NCBI GenBank assembly: GCA_003344405.1
Contig: NOWV01000003.1
Span: forward strand, 1,426,001-1,490,000
Direction of reading: 5' to 3'
Source of the DNA: Trichoplax sp. H2
Taxonomy: Eukaryota
DNA: 64,000 nucleotides
Shown here: piece by piece, positions 14,784 through 27,400 of the stretch
Position numbering within the stretch: the first letter of the stretch is position 1
Layout: each line of letters opens with the position of its first letter
Notes under the pieces: generated by a model
The model's input: only the letters and a program-made list of their open reading frames with translations
Databases searched by the model: none
Told to the model about the DNA's origin: nothing
Position numbers and translations under genes: made by a program

Positions 14784-15396
14784 CTACGTATCTTGGCAAC
14801 ACTCATATACAACGGCTATCGTTGTATCTATTGAAAGTAATAATTTCACTGATGACCAGTATTTGTAGCTGATATACAGACTGAATACTGTTGGATCTAC
14901 TGTTGAATAGAGTATGGCGATAGAGGTAAACATCATTCCTATCGCATTACTTGATGGGAGAGTTTGTCTAAAGACCGATATTAGCTCTACCAATGGAAAT
15001 TCTTCAATACAGAAGGTAAAAACGCAAAAGAATTTCATTTTTCGCTATCCATATCGCTTCCACTCTACATGCCTATCTTGCAACAGGCCCTATTGGTCTT
15101 ACTATTGCTCGTATTGGAGTTTGCCTTTTTATTTTTGGATCAGATTTGGAGTTGGAAAATGGCGTTTGGACAGAACTCTGCTGTAGACTGGAGAAACCGA
15201 GTGAACTAATACACACGTTCTTACTATTGCTCGTATTGGATTTTGACTTATTTATTTTTTGGATCAGATTTGGAGTTGGAAAATGGCGTTTGGACGGAAC
15301 TCTGCTGTACTGTAGACTGGAGAAACCGAGTGAACTAATACACACGTATACGATTACCGCTGATTTCAAAGGTGAAGGTGTGTCAAGTTGACTCAA
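14784..15396 (-). pseudogene. Possible decayed class-A GPCR fragment (TM5-TM7 and helix 8)
   Basis: PLKSAVIVYVCIS (TM5-like), KMKFFCVFTFCIEEFPLV (TM6-like), FTSIAILYSTVDPTVFSLY...YWSSVKLLL (TM7 [N/D]P and helix-8-like); broken by stops, frameshifts and an internal duplication. Confidence 0.3.
15098..15348. repeat. Tandem duplication, two copies of about 122-128 bp
   Basis: cttactattgctcgtattgga...ttggatcagatttggagttggaaaatggcgtttggac...tgtagactggagaaaccgagtgaactaatacacacgt occurs twice with a few substitutions and indels. Confidence 0.92.
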
Positions 15397-15452
15397 CCGG
15401 TTGGTTACGTGTTGCTAACTTGCTACGCATAGAATAGCAACCGGTTGAGTCA
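15389..15452. repeat. Perfect 15-bp inverted repeat with 34-nt spacer
   Basis: TGACTCAACCGGTTG (15389-15403) and CAACCGGTTGAGTCA (15438-15452). Confidence 0.85.
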
Positions 15453-15569
15453 CAACTTATTGTTAATTAGTATAATATAACAATTAATGATTAACAATAC
15501 AATAATAGACTTTACAGTGATAAGAAGAAGGGTAACGTCAGCCAGTCAGTCACTACAAGGTGACGCGCG

Positions 15570-15965
15570 TTCACTGCTGGAAGGGTGACATGCATGCAGT
15601 CAACTTCTCCATGAGATGTAGTAGCGTGCAAAATGAATTGTCAGCCCTAGAAACGTCACTCGTCTCTACCTTCCTAGTGAAAACCATGTCGCGTAAGGTC
15701 AAGGCGAGCTGAAGAGGGGTGACATTTTATAATCTGCGTTGAATGGATAATGAGATACACATTGCACTTTCACTGCTGGAAGGGTGACATGCATGCAGTC
15801 AACTTCTCCATGAGATGTAGTAGCGTGCAAAATGAATTGTCAGCCCTAGAAACGTCACTCGTCTCTACCTCCCTAGTGAAAACCATGTCGTGTAAGGTCA
15901 AGGCGAGCTGGAGAGGGGTGACATTTTATAATCTGCGTTGAATGGATAATGAGATACTCATTGCA
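15570..15965. repeat. Near-identical tandem duplication, period 199 bp, relatively GC-rich
   Basis: ttcactgctggaagggtgacatgcatgcagtc...gaatggataatgagatac(a/t)cattgca occurs twice with only a few substitutions. Confidence 0.95.
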
Positions 15966-16456
15966 GGATAAACTGCACTACAAGTGCCCATTCAACAGTT
16001 AGTACATCATACTGTGGACTACTTTTGATACAAAATCATTTTCTACTAAGCAAGTGTATCATTGCTATACTAATTAATAAGAAGGTAGTGAACGACTTCT
16101 TCTCTCGACTGCCACTCAATGCCTTCACTATAATGATTCAATAATGAATAAGTCAATTCATGGCTAACATTCTGTGGCTTTACAACTCCTGCTTTGGATC
16201 TATTTCTACCTTTTGACTGTGTAAATATCACCTAGGATTGATCATAATACCGTGTAGTACTAGTTGTCAGCTGGATTTGCTTCAATTTTTTTTTACAGTT
16301 GATTTTCTTGATCGTCCAAATTTCAATTCATTGCACAGGTAGAAAAAAACGCATTGAAATACCGACACAAATCATATTGGAATTGCAACCTTTTGGCCAC
16401 AAGTCGAGGATTAAGCAAGTCAAATACCAACTGGATAGGCGTAGCAGTGAAGAATC

Positions 16457-19400
16457 ATGTTAACTACCCTAAAAACTATATGTTTCCTTGGTTTATTCGC
16501 ATTATTGGCCACAGTTTGGATATGGTTATACGCCACAGTATCTTGGTATCGTGCATTAATTGATGGCAGCTTGGCGGTAAATAGACCATTGAAAAAATCC
16601 ATCCCACCTTATCCAGGAGATCAATTAACCAACATTTTTTGGTTTGTTCAGGTATATTCTTTCTACGTTAAAATCGATGTGGCATTATCTTAGCAGACTG
16701 TTAGTAGAGATAATTTGTTATCAATCAATATTTACTGTCACATAATCCCCCTCAAAATCTTGTCCAACATGCTCCACATCTACCTATGTACACTGTGTAC
16801 AGTTATGGTATACTCCAGTCAAGTACTTAATTTGTTGATGAAACCACGAAATTGGGTCTAGTAGTCTAATTTTGTTACGTATACTCTATAATATTATTAG
16901 TAAAACATGCAATATTCTAAGGGATAGCCAGAAATGCCTATATTGCTGTCCAACATAGTAATGTCTACTGTTGTGTCGTAATAGTAACAAAGGCATTGCA
17001 AGAATGCCAAGGTGGAACTCCTGACTCACTGTACAGTGTACAGTATACACTATACAGTACAGTGACAAGTCTGTCGATAGCATTATGGATTATTGAATCA
17101 TTGCTAATTTTGGATAAGTCTATCTAAAATGCTGTGATTTCTTCAAATACAAAAATGGGCTATTAACGTAATTCATGATGGCATCAATTTTAGAAGCCGG
17201 CTATCAATGATTACTTTGCAAAATCATAGCCTTACTTTGACACCTTGTTGTTCTGTCATGACCTGAACTCTTGCCACGTATTATAAACATATAGATCAAT
17301 ATCACAACTTAGCATACAATACAGGTTTATAGTTTGAGTGTGCACCAGGTTGCGCTAATGATAGAGTACAGCAATATAGCATTAACGATATTATTTGGAT
17401 ACTAAATGCATAGTTAAATCTTACGAAGTATATATTCATATGAGAACTATTATCATACACAAGGATCTACATTTAATGATTAACGTCTTTTACCTGCCTT
17501 TTTGTACTACATATCATATTGTAGACTCGTAGACTCTGGCAGGCCGTGTGCTATAGTGCAGTAATCTAACACAATATTTCTTATTAGTTATTAATTAATT
17601 TTATTTTAAAACAGCGATAACGGAATTAAACACGGAATAACTTATGATAACTTCTTAAAATGGCAATCACACGTATAGCTTTGTTTTTCTTAAACCGAAG
17701 AATGTAGATCATTATTGATCGTAAACTTATTGATTATGAGTATTTATTATTTTAATACAGCCTTCTGATGCTATATTCTAACTGATAATTATATAATTAA
17801 TCAATAATTTCTCAGTACTGTAATTAGTTAATAAGTTAATGGCAAGGTAATAGTAATAATACGTTTAAAGCGAAATTAACTTATATAGAAATCTTTCAAC
17901 TCATCGTATATCGTATGCAAAAATGTTATTTTCACAGATTAAGCATTTAAAAGGTATAATATGCTCAACCATTTTAAACAAAATATTATTCTCCTAGTAG
18001 ATTAATATGGTAGCTATGCCATGATGTGATGTAGATACTAAACCAAAGAAATAAATATCCCTCGGAATGACATCATTCTTGTAGTACAAAAATTCGTTAA
18101 TTTTTATAGTGATACTGTAGTTTAATTCTGAATAGATGCTAGAACGTAAACCATAATTACGTAATTGAGTCATTTTGTCGCTGTAATAAATTAGAGTATG
18201 ATTATAAATATTTGTATTTGAAGTAGCACTTTACAGCATGGCCATAAAAAAATTATAATAAAAACCAATTGTAATCTACTTATTTAGATCTCCGATATCC
18301 ATATTAGTAAATGGCAAGGATCTAAACGTGCCGATGATTTGATAACGTTTTGCCAGCAAAGTTTATCTGTTATAAAGCCGGAACTAGTTATTGTAACAGG
18401 TAGAGAAAAAATAGAGATATTTATTATCAACCCCTCCACCATAGACTGATCACTTCAATTAACTGATGATGTGTGCGTCTCAGAAGCAGTAAGGCCGGTA
18501 TCACCAAATGTTTTATAGTACAGTTTCTAACAGGATACCATTTGAGGCCTAATGCTATTCGTGCTATGCGTGTACATAGAATATATCATTAGGATTAATA
18601 ATAAGTCGTTAGCTTTTTCATTGATCTATTGCTTAATAGGGGATCTCACCGATGCAAAAGACCAGTATAAACTATCATCCACACAATATAGGAAAGAATG
18701 GGAAATGTACAATAACGTACTGCATCAATGTCGTAATGTCCGAAAGATGCGATGGATTGATTTACAAGGAAATCATGGTTAGTTTGGTAGAACAGTTCTG
18801 TATTTTGTACCCATGTACTGTAGGTAGTTAAATCATATACAATTTACGTTGATTGCAATGAATGCTTACACGTGTACGGCATAACGAGCATCGGTATGCA
18901 ATTATAACTAACTATAATCTATATGTTCCACGAACATAACGTTGAATTATAAAAGTTTTCTTTTTATCTCATTTTTAGATGCTTTTGATGTATCTGCTCT
19001 CTCGAGAAAAAGGGACTATTATCGGTAAGCCTTTGCTTAAGAATTATCTTCCAATGAGTATGCTCTACTTTAGGTGTTCGTTTGATTCCAATCTGAAAGA
19101 AAAGTAATAAGCAGGACCTACATGATTATTATCTTGTATTACAGGTTATATTCTGCTAGTGGTGGCATAGAAAAATGCCGACTTTCTTCCTGTAGATTTA
19201 CTTACAATACCAGTTTTGGTGTCTACTCTTTCAATACATTAAATGCTATTCCTGATCCTGGACCTAGGAGGCCGTACAATTTTTTCGGATCATTTGATAA
19301 GGTTAGTATTTGGCTACATTACAGATGAATATTGGAGATCCTAAAATCCTTGATAAAATGGTATTGAGTTTAGTAAAATTTACAGTTTTAAAAGTAGCCT

Positions 19401-22072
19401 TTGTATTCCTACATCCCGTATATTTTTAATGAAATTAGACTCAAAAAAATAATCAGAGTAACCATAATACGTACATTTAATATCTTATTGTCCCATACCC
19501 GGCATGAGCGTCATATCACATGATCGTTTTCTATTAACTTTATTTATACTTCACGACTTTAGAAAGGAATGGAATTGATAAAAAAGCAAGCTGAGGCCAG
19601 TAAATCTGATAATATGACCATTTGGATTGGACATTATCCTTTATCTTGTATCATTTCTCCACAGCCTGGAATTCGACATTTAATTAGGTGAAATATTATT
19701 GAAGTTATTAGTGCATTTCTGTAAATAACAGTCATTTTGTGATGTATCTTTATAAGGTGTTTCATGTTGACACCTGAAATTTTTAAGTAATAGTCAATAA
19801 TTTTTTTTATCAAAATCTTTTAATACCTTAATGAAAAGGGATGGCATCGCATATCTTTGTGGCCATTTGCATACTTTACAAGATCTTGTAACAAAGATGT
19901 ATGCCGTTAATAGTGAAAATCAATATGAACTAGAGTTAGGGGATTGGAAAGACAACAGAAAGTACTGAAGATATGTTATAAAATTCGTATTCATTTACCA
20001 TTTACTTACTCTTATTAAACGTTACCTTACGTAACGGTTGTAGGTATCGAATTGTGGCTATAGACCACGATCTGTTATCGTTTTCTGACAATCAGCATGG
20101 AGATTGGCCGGTTATAATTGTTACTAATCCTAAAGATGCACGCTTCTCTGCTCCAGTTCATGAGCCATCGTTGCGTATCATGCATTCTACTCACGTAAGG
20201 TACTGTACGAATTCAGTTGCAGACATAGAGAGGAGATCTTATATACGAATCCCTTCAAGAAGAAAGATTTAATAATCTTTTCCTCTGTATTGCTTCATAA
20301 CTTTAACTCGTGAAGTTTTTTATTTGACATCCATCTGTTTGAATTTTATAAAAATTTTTTAGAATGCTAATTTTTTCAACATCGCCAATCACAAATATTA
20401 CTGTGAAGATAGATAATCAAAAGATTGATGGCAAAGTTCGTAATGTTAAAGGACCATTGTATGTTACGAAATGGAATTCTGCTCGATATAAAAATGGCTT
20501 CCACACTATAACTGTTATTGCTACGGTATAAAAGCAATTTAAAACTGCATCATGCAGAGTAAATTCTAACTTGACAGCTTAATAGTGCGCTTACGCTTAC
20601 TATTGTAGGATTCACATGGACGTGTACAACAAGTATCTCAGGAATTTTCTGTTGATGGCGCTCGATCATCACTAGAAGTCATTCCTTCTTTAATCTTACT
20701 TCATGATAATAACTTTTTCGTAAGTATAGGATCTAAGCATTTGATATTGTAAAGAATTAACAGGACGATAATACCTCTTATAGAATAGTCGCAGCATTGA
20801 TGTCGCTTTAATATAGGGACATCTTTGAGTAAACATTACTACGATAACTTGATTGCTTCGGGAAACTCATAGATATTAGCATGTCGTTCTGTAATGATGT
20901 TAAGATGATTCTTCATTTTACACTTTTAATATGTGTCCTATGTTACTTTAGTTAAAGGAATTATAAGATTAGATAACATTAGTGTTAAGGGAAAGTCATA
21001 GAGAATCGGGCAGTTAGATTTCGATTTATTCGGCTAAATCTACTTCCTCATAATAATTATGAGGACTGAGTAGGTAAGGCCTACTTTGATGAGTTGTATT
21101 TATTTTAAACTGTCTAATGTTTTTGGCTAGTTTCGTATTCTATTCTTTGTCGCAGCGGTGGTTAACGTGATTCCATTGCTATATTTTCGTATAAAATCTT
21201 CTACAGGTAAGACTGTGTAACAGTTCAGCTATTAAATATTAAAAATACCATCGCTGTGCGAACTAATGCCGTCATTTTTTTGATTGTTAGGTTCAATGAA
21301 TTACCGCCCTAATCCATTAACCAGGCCTTTTCTTCGACTCGCACAAAATGGTCGAATTTATTATTCACTTCTTCTTCAAGAACTTTATATTGTAGCTGGA
21401 GGTTAGTAATTTGATCATTTTTATGTTAAAATTGATTGTTATTCACTGACGGAATATAAATTTGTTTAAAATTACAAATTAAAAGGACCATGGTTTATTG
21501 GCTATATTTTAAGCGATAGTATTGGCTTTATGAATGTTTATGGATTATATGTTCAAGGTCAATTTATTTATGAAAACTTAACTTACGTTCATGGAACGTT
21601 TCAGGTATTGCATCTTTTCTTATCTAATGTAAATTTTATAATCATATGTTTGGCTAACGTATCTGTAGTTAGATCATTGAAAATTTTTAAGTGATAGCTA
21701 CATTATACATATATTATTCAACAAAGACTTAGATTTGTTACTAAAATTTATCGTTGTATTTATGATACACAGCTGCTATTCTTTAACTTGCCTGTTACAT
21801 TTTCCATCGCTTTATTATTGGATCCAATTGATGTATCGCCGGATGGAAGTCCTTTTAATTTGAATCAGGGTCTTAAAATTGTGAAAAGGGCTTTTAATAT
21901 CGTATTACATCATAAATTATTTTTATTCATAATTATGGTTGGTTCATTTATATGGCAATTGTCAAATTGTTTTATTTTCTATTATACATATGGTCTCATG
22001 GCCTTGCTAATCTCCCCAGTTAGAACTTGGTCTTTATTCATATCAGTGTATCTTGTAAAGATTTCTTGGTAA
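16457..22072 (+). CDS. TMEM62: Transmembrane protein 62 (calcineurin-like metallophosphoesterase domain plus C-terminal TM helices), multi-exon
   Basis: N-terminal hydrophobic anchor; NIFWFVQ/ISDIHIS, VTGDLTDAK, DLQGNHD, PDPGPRRPYNFFG, WIGHYP, YLCGHLHT, ELELGDWKDNRKYRIVAIDHDLLSF; hydrophobic terminal exon with SPVRTW, stop at 22070-22072. Confidence 0.9.
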
Positions 22073-24458
22073 TTGAAATTTTAATTTAATTTAGTTATTT
22101 GGTACTAGAATCGGGTAGGCATGTGCATAAATTAAAGTTGTTGTTAGCAATCCTACAAAATTCATACTATAGACTTATTAGAACATTTGTAGATTTTATT
22201 AGCGATTGTATTATAGTATTAAGCACGTAGTGTAGCTATAGATAAAATATTTACCTCAGTGTAGTCATTTGCGTGAAATCATTCACTGTGAATTCTCATA
22301 GTTTCATTAGTTGGCATTTGTAACACATATAAGTTATTATAAAACGTTATTCTAATTATTCTATTAGATAATAATAGTGAAAAATAGTATAAAAATTGAA
22401 TTGTTTACTTTAGCGTAGAGGATTCTTACCGAAAGCTTTTATTAACCTTCTTTGTTAATTGAAAGCACAAGTTTTTTAAATGGTAGCAAAAATGGAAGGC
22501 TTTAGGGTCATAAAATTAAAAAATCTATTTATTTAATCATATAATATAATTGTAAATTATCAACGGTATTTCATACTTTTGTAGAGTACCTGCCATTGAT
22601 ATTTTATGCGCATAGGTAATAAAATTTATATCTAGATGCTCTGAATATATATTATACTCGTATCTACGGCATATTGTATTACAGTACATCGCAAGAAAGT
22701 CAGCTATTTGCAAATGCAAATTGATATTATGTACTTGTAGAAAATAGGTATGAATATGTCATCGATTCAATGCTTTCACAACATCAAAATTTTTTGTTAT
22801 TATTTCTATTTTATACGATCGTTATCAAACGATTGGATATAGAATTAATTTTTCCTTAAGTTTATCATTTGCTGACTTACAACCTGCTTACTCGGAAGCG
22901 TATCCATTTGTCTGAATATGGCATAGGGTACAGTCAGCTACAGTTTTAGTCTGCATCGGACTCCCCAATCTCAGCTGAGATTATACAAAGTACTATGTAC
23001 GTAGAATAACTTACTCTGGCAACATATTCAGCCACATACTGATTCCACGAACTTATTCACGCGTACATAAACGTAATTTGGATTTTATTTCATTTTTGTT
23101 AATTTTTTAAATCTGTAATTCGGATGAGAGAGCACAGAATGCTTGATTTGTAGTCTATATAAGCTAGTATAGACTATAATGCTACATAGTCCATTAATAA
23201 TATAAGCTAACGAAACTGTAAAATGACGCGAATTACAAATACTGCACCTTTTGGTTGTTACCCTGTACTAATACTTTGGCTAAACTATGATGCACAGGTA
23301 TTGCATTTACAATATGTTAGACTTGAAAAATACTAGCTTGAAAGGTATGTTGAGTGATAAGGAATAATTGAGGACCTATACTATGTTTAAGCAGTGCCCA
23401 AAATTGTATAATATAGATAACGCTGTCTTGTAAATATTCAAACAAGCAACCTTTCGCAATCAAAATCTATTAGTAACAGAAATCTACAAAATGCAAAGTA
23501 CATCAAGATTGCTGCAAAAGATCATGACTATATTGAGATTGCAATTAATATTAGCCTAATCACTCAATGGAGTAACTTATTCTATTTCAATCACCAGGCA
23601 TCATCATGAGCAAGCATGAATGACAGGTAAATGCATGCTAGAAAGGTAATTTGCTATCTTGAAAGAAAACTATTGCCAGTAGTAAATAAATAATATAATT
23701 AGTATGCGTGGAGCAATTGCAATAATAATAGGAATTTGTGGTACCGCTAGTGTATTTTGACTTTATTATAGTAGCGGTGAAGATATACCGCGCCAGTATT
23801 CCTCGAACAGTATATTTTTTCACGAAAATGATAGCTATAGCCTATTGTAATGTTAAACAATTTTAAATGCAGCAATATTTTGATGCACGAATAATAAAAT
23901 ATCAGATGAACACTTCAAGAATCGTAAAAAAAGCCATTGATTGAAACTATAAACCGATTTTATTTTTGAATTAAGTAAGAATTTGGGAGTGGTTTTATTT
24001 GCGGTTGGGTGTGCACATTATCACTGATAATGATTGCTATATTCATTTAACTATTTCACAGGTATTTCAATGTTGTCAAAGGTTAGTTTGGAATTCATAA
24101 CGGTTACATGAATCGAGTATTTAGGAATTGAACATAGTAGACGCCACCATCTGTGATATATATTTACTTCACTTCAATAAAATAGTTAACACAATCTAGA
24201 CAACTGCATTAGTATTTACGATTATGAGTATAAAGCCGCTTTCAATGTGATAATAAGCATGAAATTAAAAAAGTTTACACCAAATCTCGCATAAAGCTGT
24301 AAGAATGTAAACCATTACAAAAATATCGCATTGCAATTATATCGTCTTAATTCTACTATAGATATATGATATTAACTGTAACTCTACAGAACATTACAAC
24401 ATTTGAATTTTAATAATTCATAGCCACCGCCGAGCGCTTATGTTAAGTATAAACCTTT

Positions 24459-27400
24459 TCATTTCAGTAGCTTCTTTGCTACCGGTCGCCTCTTCATGAG
24501 TTTTTCAATATTTTCTTTGATTGAAAGAGGATCTCCGTGTATAGCAGACAAACGTTCACACTCTAGCTGTCTCTGCTCTCTAACTTTTCTCGCGATATCA
24601 GAATAACGCTACACAAACATCATAAAAATTATTATCTAATACAAGTACAGTATAGTGATAACCACTAAAATACTAAAATTGATACTAACTTCTTTAGATT
24701 CACTGTCTAAATTTCTATAGTTGCTCGATAGCTCTTTTAACCAATCCTATTGAAAATAAAATACAAATTTGTATTACAAAATTAATTTTAGAAGCAATCC
24801 TTGAATAAAACCAGTCGATAATATTAAGATATCGTGCCTGAGGTGATATATTACTAGGACGTTGATTAAAATTCTCTTTTATGTACGCAGCTAACGGTGA
24901 GAAGCTGTTCTTTGCGGGAAAGCCAAGTTTTTTGAGCTAATCATGATAACCATAGTTGTAGGTTACGATTTGTAACAAATGATGACGAATAGTATTGTTC
25001 ATGACTGTAATAACCTGATTTTTGACCGCTGACGAAATTTTCTTATTTAATTTCGCCAATTCTTGCCTTTCGACAGCTTCTCGAGTTTCTCTATCCTCTA
25101 ATAATTCATTATATGTCATCATTTCACGTGAGAATCTATTTCGATCAATTTGCGCTCGTTGGTGGTATTCCTATTTTGAGTAATATATATAATTAAATAT
25201 CATTGAAAAACTTAGATTACAGCAACAGATGCATATAAATCACAGCTGTTTAAGGGCGTCGTCATTTTATTATAGTATCATACTGTATAAAATACTCTAC
25301 TTCGAAAAGGGATTTCACTTATAGCCTTTTATGTCCATTTGGCTACTTTTATCACGTATGAATAGAGCTGGCAACATAACCAAAGTAATTTTTCTCCTTT
25401 ATTAAATTCCTAGATTTGCTACGAGTGTAGCAAGTAAATTCGTATTTTACCTCTTTTTCTTCTTCGCTCATATTGCGCCAATTGGAAGATGATTCTTCGG
25501 TGAATTCTCTGATTTCTAATTGGACGTATAAGATTAGTTAAATAATATACAATGAATGACCACAATCAGTTATACGATGTCACTCCTAATAAATGTACAC
25601 ATTCATTTTCAATGTTCAAGATGGCATTATAAGGTAACGGTAACCGATAGTAAAAGTTATTGCCGTCATACTCTTTATGCAAGTCGTAACTAATGTTATT
25701 TTATGACCATGAAACATGTACAGTAATAGAAAATGTATGCATTGCATGCCTAATAAACTGTCCTTGTTTTCCTGCGTATGAAGCTTACATATTGTACTTT
25801 ATTACTGCTGCAGCATGTTACAAGAAGTGAAAAGAAAGTGTAGTTTAGTGTGGCAGCAACTGTCGTTCAATTGCAGTCTTTGATAAAAAATTTTCATATT
25901 TTATGTTAACAACCTGGAACTTGGCCACTCTCTTTAGCTTGGTTCCATCGATCCGTCATATACATGAGATAGGAATTTCTAAAAGGAATTACAGTACCAT
26001 TGTCAATCTTAAGCATAGTATCTGTGCTGTGCAATACATGATCAGTTATGTAATTATCGTATTCCTCTGTCCATTACAGTATTGTGCATGTATGGGGTAC
26101 GGGAATACATGCCCATATTGGACATGGAGGATATAAAGCACTCCCACTTCGTTTTGAACTATATACGTATATACTTGCAAATGGGTATTCATTATTTATA
26201 AAAATATATTGGTCTGGTCTACTATACCTTGCTCTCTTTGGTTTTTTCGGGATCACTGTTGAGAGGTGAGCAACTTGTACAAGAGAGTTACTTACAATCC
26301 TACAAACCCTGTAAGAGTAGAAAATACGAGTAATTAACGCGTTTTACATGCTATGGCATGATTTTTAGTATTTCTATACAAGGAGAGGCATTCCTATGGA
26401 AGTAGTGTTTGTTTATACAGCCCTGGATGCAGTACAGTATTGCATTATCCATTTTGCTGTTAGTTAAGCGAGTGCCTGTGTGTGTCTAAGCAGTGCTGTA
26501 TAAGTATGTTATAGTCAATCTAAGAAGTCCACATGCTGTAAATGATGAATTTTATTCATTTTGTTATGGCTAAAAGGCAGATCCTGAAGATGAAAGTTCT
26601 AATCATTTGAAGCGGTACTTTTACTACAGAATAGGATATACAAGTCAATAAGGGTAATGATAATTATGTCAGATTTGAATATTAGTTGGAGCATTGCCTC
26701 ACTTGGGTATTTGTGCAAATCATATGATGCAATACAGTACAACAACAGCACTGTACATGCAGATTTTTTGGATGCAATCGAACGGATAATTCAATACTTG
26801 TTTGTAACGGAAGCATTCATTCATTCATTCATTATAATTACCATTGAATAAGATTTTCAGTTGAGAACAATCCTTAAGTGTGTCAGCAAATTGGCAGGAA
26901 AGTTATTTTACAAACGGATATTACTATTAATAAAGTAATGCAATTGAATACTTTTTATCACTGAACGCTCTGCTATTTTCCATTGGGACATTTAAACAGT
27001 TTCGATAGCAGAGAGTATTTGTTAGCTGCTAAAGGGGGAGAAATGTCGATAGTTATCGTATGGAAGTGATTTCTTGATGTTCTTTAAAATAAGCAAGAGT
27101 AGTTGAGTAGTGCACCAGTTAATTCATGGAATTGATTGTCGTTGTTGTGGTGCAAACGGGCGGAATCAACTTGGTTGTTCTTTTAAGTTGATCCCAAATA
27201 TGATGTCATAGCAGATCCAATTTGATGCAAGCAATGCACTGTTAAAATTAAAATAGTTGATCACAAGAGCATTGGTCTGCAGCAAAGGAGGAAACTAGTT
27301 CAATCATGTCTTGATCAAAACTGGTCTATCCTTTTGCGACTTTGTGGTTACCATTCAGTAGCACAAGCGTGTGACTGGTGATGATTTTGGACCCGTTGGG

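Noticed and set aside
23010..23115. Minus-strand VCG-TGA (selenoprotein F-like CGU) and SSWNQYVAEY (HMG-like) in different frames
   Set aside because: No open frame from a credible start or acceptor, flanks do not match SELENOF/SELENOM, and no SECIS was seen.
25903..26269. Plus-strand ORFs ending ...FFGITVER, superficially like GPCR TM3
   Set aside because: They are antisense to TFAM-like exons (PKKPKRAR and HMG1), which explain the sequence better.
26435..26452. Alternative TFAM first exon ATG GAT AAT GCA ATA CT/gtactg
   Set aside because: Phase-compatible but with a weaker donor than the 29123-29235 candidate; not fully excluded without cDNA.
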